A stretch of DNA of 64,000 nucleotides, from the IMG/VR virus record IMGVR_UViG_3300045016_000216; one strand, 5' to 3'. Shown here in pieces: positions 56,959 to 64,000 of the stretch. The first letter of the stretch is position 1, and each line of letters begins with the position of its first letter. Both the position numbers and the translations under genes were made by a program. The stretch comes from an uncultured virus (IMG/VR IMGVR_UViG_3300045016_000216). Its lineage: Duplodnaviria; Heunggongvirae; Uroviricota; Caudoviricetes. Under the pieces are notes generated by a model. The model was not told where the DNA came from. It made no database searches and saw only the letters and a program-made list of their open reading frames with translations.

Positions 56959-59519
56959 TTTACCTCCTTCTTGTAATACCAAGATTGGTTTACTTCAGTT
57001 TCTTCCCATTCGATCATTAAGGGAACTATCAACCAAGGAAAAACTTTTGCTATTTCTTCAGTCGCAATAAATTCAGTTATTTTTTTTATAGTCTCTTTTT
57101 CAGGGGGGAAGCAATCAAATACTATAGAATCATGGATCTGTCCTATTATTTTTGTCTTTAATTTCTCCTCCTTTATGATTTTATTTATTTCGATAAGAGA
57201 CCACAATAAGCAATGGAAAGCTGTACCTTGAATAGGGGCATTAATTATCTCATTTCTAGTAGCAATTCCTCCTGCATATTTAAACCCATGAAACATTCCA
57301 ATATATTGATTTTTTTCAAAAAAATCTATCACTTCTTCTTGCCATTCTTTAACTTTGGGCAATTTTTTCCAGAATTTCTCCTCCACCTTTTTTATGTGAT
57401 TTTCAAACTGAACATAGCTTACAATACCCCTTTTTGCTAGATGATCTTTAATTTTTACGCCCTCAGTTGTTTTTAAATCAAGACAATTCTTCCATAAATC
57501 TTTAGCACAAGAAATGTAATAACTGCCATAGAAAAGAGGGAACACTAGGTTATTCTTAGCATAAAATCTTATTTTTTTATCTACCTCACTTTTTTCAAGT
57601 AGAAATATTTCCATAGCTTGATCTCTGTGCATATCAGAAGTGGGATCATTTATGTATTCTATCAATGCAGGGTCTTTTGTATAACAAGCTAAAATTCTAA
57701 CTTCCTGTGATCCATAATCACAATCAAGTATTTGATTTCCTAGCGAGGGTATTATTCCACTCCTTGTGTACCTCTTAGCTTCTTCATCTCTTACAGGTAT
57801 GTTTTGAAAATTAGGTCTATCTGAACTAGACCTGTTTGTTTTTACCGTATGAAGGTTGAAGAATGGGTGCATCCTACCATCTTCTTCAACTTCCCTCATA
57901 AATTGAGCAAGATAAGTACCTCTAGTTTTCTCTAACTTATCTCTCTCCAACATCTTTTTAGCTATAGGATGATCTATGTTAGAAATAACTGAATTATCTA
58001 CAGAATCTAAATTACCGACTGTCTTTTTAATTGAGGGTAATTTCATCTGTTTGAAGAATAACTCTCTTTTGTCAAAGTCGGAATCTAAATTGATTAACCT
58101 TTTTTTATTATTTTCAAAGGTTTTTATTTCTTCTATACTTTTTATCTCCTTTTCTAATTGTTTTACCTTACTTTCAATCTCTTTATATTCCTTTAGATAG
58201 TATTCTGTATCTATGTTTATACCGTTGATTTGTATATCTGATAGAGCTTTTAAGCCTTCCACAATGAAATCATGGGTGTATTTTAATTTCTTATCATCTC
58301 CGATCTCTTCTTGTTGGTCTAAAAATAACCAATTAGTAAAGATAGCATCTAATCCATTGTAAAGTAACAGATCATCTAAAGGTATGTCCATTACTCTATT
58401 AAATTTGCCTTCTTTCGATTCTAACAGATGTTTTACAGATTTATCATAATCATCTGCGCCATACCTAACAGCAGATTGAAACTTTAATCCTGTAAATCCC
58501 TTTCTGTTATCAAGTAAATGAGTAGTATTCATAGTACAGGAATGCCATGATTCAACATTTACTCCAAACTTCATAATAGACCACATATTTTCATAAGGTA
58601 TATTTTGTGCTACTTTTTTCATTGGATGAGTTAGCACCTGAACCCATTTCATTTTTAAATAATCTAGTTCTCTAGGTTTCCAATAGTCTCTGTATTCATA
58701 AGGGAAAGCGTAGGAATTAAATTCAGAAACAGCAAAGGCTATGGAAGCTATTTTAGCCCTACTATCAAAAGGTTTAAGGCAATTTGTTTCATAATCAAAG
58801 GTGATTAAGCGGTCTTTGTTTAAAACATCATTCAAAACTGCTATGATTTCATCAAAGGTTTTTAGTTTTATAACATTGGGATAATACTCTGAAACATTTA
58901 CTCTTTTTTCTAATGGTTCTATTGTTAGATTGTGTGCCATTTCCAGAAGATCAGATTTGAAAACATTTTGTACAATTTTATCATCCTCTTTTCTTTTGAT
59001 AAAGCTTGGATGAAATGTAGGCATCACCCAGGCCCCTATTCTGTGATCGGGGAATCTTAATCCTCTCCATAAAGTTATTGATGTGTTAGTGAACCTGTTC
59101 ATGAAATAGGATTGTACTGCACTACCTCCAAACAACCATATATGTTCTGGTTGTAGTTCTCTGATTGTTCTATCAAGATGTTCTTTACAACATTGTATTT
59201 CTTTTTTATTAGGTGTTTCATTTCCAGGTTTTCTGCATCTTATAGCATTGTCTTTCCAACAATCAAGATCAAGATCAACACCCAGGTTTCCTAAACTTCT
59301 TCTAAGAAATCTACCTGTTTCGCCTACAAATTGTATCCCTTGCTTATCTTCTTCCTCTCCTGGTTCTTCTCCAATAACTAAAATTTTCTTTCTACCTTCT
59401 CCTGAAGGTTGCATTTTAGGGGAATCACATCCTTTAAATAACTTGCAAAGAGAACAAGGAGAAGAATCTACTCTTAATTTAGTAAAATCATCTGATGGAA
59501 AAAATCCTTTTATTTTCAT
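56955..59519 (-). CDS. Family A DNA polymerase with N-terminal family-4 UDG-like domain and 3'-5' exonuclease
   Basis: UDG: CSLC, GEEPG, FVGETG, TFHPS; Exo: FDYET, YNGLD; Pol: DYGSQEVR, RFYAK...FYG, NAPIQG, QIHDS. Confidence 0.92.
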   Translation of the reverse strand: MKIKGFFPSDDFTKLRVDSSPCSLCKLFKGCDSPKMQPSGEGRKKILVIGEEPGEEEDKQGIQFVGETGRFLRRSLGNLGVDLDLDCWKDNAIRCRKPGNETPNKKEIQCCKEHLDRTIRELQPEHIWLFGGSAVQSYFMNRFTNTSITLWRGLRFPDHRIGAWVMPTFHPSFIKRKEDDKIVQNVFKSDLLEMAHNLTIEPLEKRVNVSEYYPNVIKLKTFDEIIAVLNDVLNKDRLITFDYETNCLKPFDSRAKIASIAFAVSEFNSYAFPYEYRDYWKPRELDYLKMKWVQVLTHPMKKVAQNIPYENMWSIMKFGVNVESWHSCTMNTTHLLDNRKGFTGLKFQSAVRYGADDYDKSVKHLLESKEGKFNRVMDIPLDDLLLYNGLDAIFTNWLFLDQQEEIGDDKKLKYTHDFIVEGLKALSDIQINGINIDTEYYLKEYKEIESKVKQLEKEIKSIEEIKTFENNKKRLINLDSDFDKRELFFKQMKLPSIKKTVGNLDSVDNSVISNIDHPIAKKMLERDKLEKTRGTYLAQFMREVEEDGRMHPFFNLHTVKTNRSSSDRPNFQNIPVRDEEAKRYTRSGIIPSLGNQILDCDYGSQEVRILACYTKDPALIEYINDPTSDMHRDQAMEIFLLEKSEVDKKIRFYAKNNLVFPLFYGSYYISCAKDLWKNCLDLKTTEGVKIKDHLAKRGIVSYVQFENHIKKVEEKFWKKLPKVKEWQEEVIDFFEKNQYIGMFHGFKYAGGIATRNEIINAPIQGTAFHCLLWSLIEINKIIKEEKLKTKIIGQIHDSIVFDCFPPEKETIKKITEFIATEEIAKVFPWLIVPLMIEWEETEVNQSWYYKKEVK

Positions 59520-60117
59520 AAGGAATAAACTCTCCATATATTTCTGAAGCTTTATTTATTCTAGCTAATACAGCTTCTTCTTTTGAAGCAAAAGTACCAA
59601 TATGTGTTGTCTTTTTATTTATCTTTATTTGTGCTACCCATTTTCCATGAGAAATAAATATACCCGAATACCCTGATTTATTAAATTTTGATAGGTTTTT
59701 GTTTATTTGATTCTGTTGATGAGTTGCTAATCTTAAATTTCTCCTTCTATTATCTAACTTATTCCTATTTTTGTGATCAATTTGTACACCTTTTAAAGGA
59801 TTAAGTAAAAATTTGGTTAGGTATATTATTTTGCCTTTCATATAAGACACCACGTACCCATTAGAATTAATACACCACTTGTACTTTTTTATTCTTTCAT
59901 AATCCTCAAAATCAAAATAGGTTTCCCCTATTTCTATTCCCTTTGAATTATACAATTTCATAATACAGAAAAACTTACCAAAGATTATCTCATTTTTGTC
60001 AAACATTGTCCTCTCTAAAATTTTTCCATATAACCTTATTTGCATATAATGTTTTTCACATAATCCTTTTGCATGATGTTTTCTATTGCATCCCTCTACT
60101 GAACAAACCTTCATCAT
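59488..60117 (-). CDS. HNH-AP2 homing endonuclease
   Basis: IDHKNRNKLDNRRRNLR, SGYSGI, WVAQI, HIGTFASKEEA. Confidence 0.87.
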   Translation of the reverse strand: MMKVCSVEGCNRKHHAKGLCEKHYMQIRLYGKILERTMFDKNEIIFGKFFCIMKLYNSKGIEIGETYFDFEDYERIKKYKWCINSNGYVVSYMKGKIIYLTKFLLNPLKGVQIDHKNRNKLDNRRRNLRLATHQQNQINKNLSKFNKSGYSGIFISHGKWVAQIKINKKTTHIGTFASKEEAVLARINKASEIYGEFIPYENKRIFSIR

Positions 60118-61142
60118 TCCTCCATGGGTAATAAAGAAATAACATGTTTAAAGGTTTCAGTCACAAACAAGGCTGTATTTTGTTCCACAACCATGTCTGT
60201 TGCCCTATCTAAAATTTGAGCAAAGAATATAGGATTGATATAAAAGGTTATAAGTTTGTCCTTATATTCAATTTCTGTAGAATTCTCAATCCATCCTCTT
60301 TCCTTTTTTGCAGTACATTTTATTTCGTTGTTAGCAATTTCTACCTTTATAACTCTTTCGGTATCAATTTCTCCTTCTGCTAAAACAGTAACAGTTTCAA
60401 TTACTTCTTTTAGTTTCTTAGGCAAGGAAATCTTTTTACCTGTTACATTGAAATAATTTTCAATATGTTCAGGATATTCCTCAAGTAAAACTCTGCAATT
60501 AAACAAGACACCATCAGATGTTTTGAAATGTATCCAAGATGTTCCGAGTGCTGTCTCAACTATAGGAAATTTTACCATATCAATTACATTTTTGAAATGG
60601 ATCAAGGAGAATTTTACAGGTCTGTTCATCTTAAAATGACTTACCCTTAAAGAATCGGTTGAAAATATATTTTCATCATGGTAACAAACACAATTCAGAA
60701 CTCCTTTTGTCATGTCCTTAGCTGTACTAAACATACAGAGAAATGAACCATCTAGGAAGTTTGTAGGCAAAGGTTCAAATTCTAATTTCTTTAAACTCCT
60801 TTTTATTGAATTGATCATAGGTTCCACTTTTTCTTTTTCATCAATCAAGGTAGAAAGTCCTGCCTTCAGTTTTTTAGAACCTATTTTTAGGTAATTATTT
60901 TCTACAATCATGTCCACTTCATCTTCACTTACACCATAGAGAACCTTATAAAGTTCCTCACCTTTTACAGAGCATTTGAAATCTGTTTCGTAAGGATAAA
61001 TTATACAGGTTCTATCATTGTAGGTACAGATGTCATGTCCTGTAAAGATAAAATGGGACATTTGTTGGATTAAATCTTTTTTAGCCAACCCAGGTTTTAG
61101 TGAAGCTAGGATATTAACAAGTTGATCTCTTATGATTCTCAA
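60114..61142 (-). CDS. dnaN: Sliding clamp (DNA Pol III beta-like)
   Basis: 342 aa three-domain pattern, STDSLRV, EEYP, INPIFF, SLLPM C-terminus; near clamp loader and polymerase. Confidence 0.7.
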   Translation of the reverse strand: MRIIRDQLVNILASLKPGLAKKDLIQQMSHFIFTGHDICTYNDRTCIIYPYETDFKCSVKGEELYKVLYGVSEDEVDMIVENNYLKIGSKKLKAGLSTLIDEKEKVEPMINSIKRSLKKLEFEPLPTNFLDGSFLCMFSTAKDMTKGVLNCVCYHDENIFSTDSLRVSHFKMNRPVKFSLIHFKNVIDMVKFPIVETALGTSWIHFKTSDGVLFNCRVLLEEYPEHIENYFNVTGKKISLPKKLKEVIETVTVLAEGEIDTERVIKVEIANNEIKCTAKKERGWIENSTEIEYKDKLITFYINPIFFAQILDRATDMVVEQNTALFVTETFKHVISLLPMEE

Positions 61143-61312
61143 TGGTCTACCTCCTTTGGTATTATTAATTCTTCAAAACATCTTTTACATAAGTCAAGTA
61201 CATATTCTTTTGCTGCAGGAGAAGGAGAGGACAAAATCTGTTGGATTTTTGCTTTAGAAAAAGGTTCTCCCAAAAAGAGTTCTCGGCAAACATCACATTT
61301 ATAGGCTTTCAA
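61139..61312 (-). CDS. Small zinc-binding protein (57 aa, TTG start)
   Basis: Translated by hand: YKCDVC...DLCKRC; TTGA overlap with clamp start. Confidence 0.5.
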   Translation of the reverse strand: MKAYKCDVCRELFLGEPFSKAKIQQILSSPSPAAKEYVLDLCKRCFEELIIPKEVDH

Positions 61313-61505
61313 ATTTTAAATCCTTTCTGTTTTGTTTTCTTAAAGAGGGCAGGTGGGGTATCCTATAAATAAAATTTATAACAAAGTCTCAGGTCAATGT
61401 TATTTACCCTTGTTGCATCAAGAGATTCTATTTATATCCCATCCTCCTTTTACTTTTCTTACCCTCTTTTTATATTTTAAATCCTTTCTGTTTTGTTTTC
61501 TTAAA
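61313..61505. repeat. 32-bp perfect direct repeat (61313-61344 and 61474-61505)
   Basis: ATTTTAAATCCTTTCTGTTTTGTTTTCTTAAA twice, 161 bp apart. Confidence 0.9.
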
Positions 61506-61691
61506 TTCGGGTTCTATGATTTCCTCCGCAAAATATTCCTCCTTCTCTTTTACAAGTTTAAGTACCGTTTCACATTCATTTAGATAATAAAAGGAAATCA
61601 ATCTATTGTACTCCGGCAATCTTTCCTTGAACTCTTTTTCCTTTTTGATGTCTGATAACTGTGGGAAATTACCTGCAAAGTAGAGAATCAT
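61470..61691 (-). CDS. Small protein resembling the N-terminal segment of phage TGT/DpdA-like proteins
   Basis: MILYFAG...NRLISFYY; overlaps the 3' end of the DpdA-like gene. Confidence 0.5.
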   Translation of the reverse strand: MILYFAGNFPQLSDIKKEKEFKERLPEYNRLISFYYLNECETVLKLVKEKEEYFAEEIIEPEFKKTKQKGFKI

Positions 61692-63486
61692 TTCTTCCTT
61701 TCTTCCAAGGCCAGGGCCATTCAGGTACACTATTTTGCAGATCAAGGAAGAAACAGGTATTGAATTGATCCCTTAACTCATGACTGTTCCTCAATCCTTT
61801 TTCTAAAATGATCTCCACAATTTTTTCTTTAATATCAGCCCAAGCTTCGTTATCTTTCAGTCTATAAAGATTGTGAACTCTCTTAAATTCAGATGATCCC
61901 AAGCTGAATCCTTTAGAGGAAATGTAGTTTAAAGCTAAAGCTTTATAGTGTTTAGTCAAATTATCAAAGTGTATCTCTCCATCTTTACCTATCTTGGAAC
62001 TTCTAGTTGACATAAATAATCTCCATGGGGGCACAGAGAAAGAACCTCTAGGAATCAAGACCATTCCATATTTTCCATATTGAACCCATGAACTAGAATC
62101 AACTGAATTACCTGTAACATAAATATGGTTATTACATTTTACAAAAAATGCTTCAGAAGGGACTTTCACACACCATAGTTTTCCTGAATAAATTTGTTCT
62201 TCCTTTTTTAGTTTATTTACATAGATATGTTTTATAGAAGAAGACCTTAATCCTTTATAATTATTGTATTCATAAACAGAGGTGGGTATACCTAACAATA
62301 AACACATTATCCTTATTACTTCTAAATTTTCCTTTTTAATTTCCTTTTTGACTTTAATCTCAAACCCTTTTATTCTTTTTAGACCTGAAATAGTCCCATC
62401 TGCTAAAACGGAATTATTAATAAATAATTCCGTTTGTTCTTTTGTTAATTTATAGGGTAAATCAACGGGTAGTTTTTTATTAGGTGCAATAGATAATAAC
62501 CAATCCGACATTTCCCCGTACAATTCAAAGGAAATAATATTTTCAGTTATACTTTCACAAAATATTTCTCCGCTCCTTATAAGGGCTTCCCTTATTATTT
62601 TACACTTTTCAGGATTCGCTTTTTCTGATTGATATATTACTACATTATTTTTGGTATATCTTTTTCTTTTGTTTATAGTACCATCTGTCCAAAACCAAGA
62701 TAAAATGATCACTTGTTCATTTGATATGTTAGATTCTGTGGGAAAATTGTAATCCATTCCTACACGGTTAATACAATCATTAAATGAAAGGGTTTTTGTT
62801 GTTCTCCATTTATATTCTTCATCTCTATGTTGCCAATGAGACACTACCCAACGATGGTTTTCACTAACAATGGTTTTAAAATTCCTATTATATAATTTGT
62901 ATAACTTTTCATTATGAACTTCAAATATAGGAATTTCTTCTATTTTCTGCCATTCTGTTTTCCCGTAATTGAAAGTCAGAATTTCATCTCCTACTTTTAA
63001 ATTTGATAAATTGTTCCATCCTGATCTAGTCAATATTGAATGGTCTTCTTCTGTCATACAATACCAAGGGTATCTTGCTATCAACTCAGGAGAAGTCAAA
63101 CCAAATCCATGTATCTTATTTTTAGGGATAAAGTCAGGAGCTTTACAGATAACTCTCCAACATTGATCTAACCAAGAGAGTAAGGATTCTTTTCTTCCCC
63201 CTACCATTCCCCCTAAAGCTACATACTCATAATTATCAAGGTAATATCTTAAATACTTTTCATCTTCATTGTAATGATAGCAAGGAAGAGGTTTTAATCC
63301 ACAATCTTCCATAACTTTTTGATTGATCAGAGTTTCTTCGGCGTTACCAATACAATCAAGATTGGTATAAACTTCTAAATATTCTAAATTAGCCTTGATA
63401 AATCTTATGTAATCGGTTAGATTAATAGTTGTGTTTTTGGTTAAGGCTGTATAAGCTCCAGAATCTAAAAAGATCCTAGTTTTCAT
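61669..63486 (-). CDS. TGT-fold 7-deazaguanine transglycosylase (DpdA-like) containing an intein
   Basis: IFLDSGAYT, NLDCIG, PCYH, ALGGMV, IHGFG, YPWY-[intein]-SVDSSSW; adjacent to queC. Confidence 0.8.
   Translation of the reverse strand: MKTRIFLDSGAYTALTKNTTINLTDYIRFIKANLEYLEVYTNLDCIGNAEETLINQKVMEDCGLKPLPCYHYNEDEKYLRYYLDNYEYVALGGMVGGRKESLLSWLDQCWRVICKAPDFIPKNKIHGFGLTSPELIARYPWYCMTEEDHSILTRSGWNNLSNLKVGDEILTFNYGKTEWQKIEEIPIFEVHNEKLYKLYNRNFKTIVSENHRWVVSHWQHRDEEYKWRTTKTLSFNDCINRVGMDYNFPTESNISNEQVIILSWFWTDGTINKRKRYTKNNVVIYQSEKANPEKCKIIREALIRSGEIFCESITENIISFELYGEMSDWLLSIAPNKKLPVDLPYKLTKEQTELFINNSVLADGTISGLKRIKGFEIKVKKEIKKENLEVIRIMCLLLGIPTSVYEYNNYKGLRSSSIKHIYVNKLKKEEQIYSGKLWCVKVPSEAFFVKCNNHIYVTGNSVDSSSWVQYGKYGMVLIPRGSFSVPPWRLFMSTRSSKIGKDGEIHFDNLTKHYKALALNYISSKGFSLGSSEFKRVHNLYRLKDNEAWADIKEKIVEIILEKGLRNSHELRDQFNTCFFLDLQNSVPEWPWPWKKGRNDSLLCR
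62107..63060 (-). mobile_element. Intein with LAGLIDADG-like endonuclease (318 aa)
   Basis: N-term CMTEEDHSILTRSGW, SENHRW, LSWFWTDG and SVLADG, C-term LWCVKVPSEAFFVKCNNHIYVTGN followed by Ser+1. Confidence 0.9.
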
Positions 63487-64000
63487 ATTTTATGCAATCT
63501 TCAACCTTATTCATTATAAAAGCCTTTTTTCTCATATAGCAAGGTCCGCACACCCCACAATGCAAATCTCTACCTTCATAACAAGACCAAGTTAGATGTA
63601 GAGGAGCCTTAAGTTCTAACCCCATTTTTACTATCTCATGTTTCATTAAGTTTCCAACAGGCTGTAACATTTCTACCCTGTTTTGTAGATTGGTAGCATA
63701 AGGTAGGATGTCATTGAATTTTTGAGCAAAGATCATCTCATTATCAGGATAGGCCCCGCTTTCTTCAAGATTATTTCCCAAAGCTATGTAAGTTACTCCT
63801 CTTGATTCTGCAAGTGCTGTAGCTATGGAATACATTATTAAATTTCTTGCAGGAACCCACTCCCAAGCAAGTTCAGCGGAAGCCTCTCCATCTGCTAATT
63901 GATCTTTTGTGTTTGTAAGTCTTGAATGTCCGATAACAGTTTTGAAGATGTCAAGAGGAACCAAAAGATAGGACATGTTAAGGTAATCTGAAACATCTTT
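63476..64000 (-). CDS. queC: 7-cyano-7-deazaguanine synthase (5' end outside window)
   Basis: WVPARNLIM, AYPD, TWSCY...HCGVCGPCYMRKKAF; frame open to window edge. Confidence 0.93.
   Translation of the reverse strand, partial: KDVSDYLNMSYLLVPLDIFKTVIGHSRLTNTKDQLADGEASAELAWEWVPARNLIMYSIATALAESRGVTYIALGNNLEESGAYPDNEMIFAQKFNDILPYATNLQNRVEMLQPVGNLMKHEIVKMGLELKAPLHLTWSCYEGRDLHCGVCGPCYMRKKAFIMNKVEDCIKYEN

Noticed and set aside
426..63166. Numerous short antisense ORFs in the six-frame track
   Set aside because: They lie opposite well-supported genes and show no recognisable motifs.
525..64000. Stop-codon reassignment (TAG/TGA recoding)
   Set aside because: Genes are full length and densely packed in the standard code; TAG ends the major capsid gene just before the next RBS.

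Overview
This window holds 64 kb of an AT-rich tailed bacteriophage genome (Caudoviricetes, siphovirus-type, lambda-like tail tip) read in the standard genetic code. The + strand arm (525-46165) carries packaging, head, tail and tail-fibre genes. It is interrupted by two glycosyltransferase/methyltransferase/carbamoyltransferase clusters and a GC-richer peptidase/lysis cassette. It ends in a three-gene module: a 12x CxCxxxCY repeat protein, an unknown protein, and an intein-containing radical SAM/SPASM enzyme whose own C-terminus carries the same motif. The convergent - strand arm (46149-64000) carries recombination and replication genes (split SbcC, SbcD, RecA, SSB, DnaX-like clamp loader, beta clamp, UDG-PolA fusion) and a 7-deazaguanine module (intein-containing DpdA/TGT-like gene, QueC). 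Two tRNA-like elements with no anticodon arm flank the clamp-loader gene. Each is followed by a small ORF and a copy of its own 3' end at 177-178 bp spacing. All calls rest on motif recognition and synteny by eye; no database searches were run.
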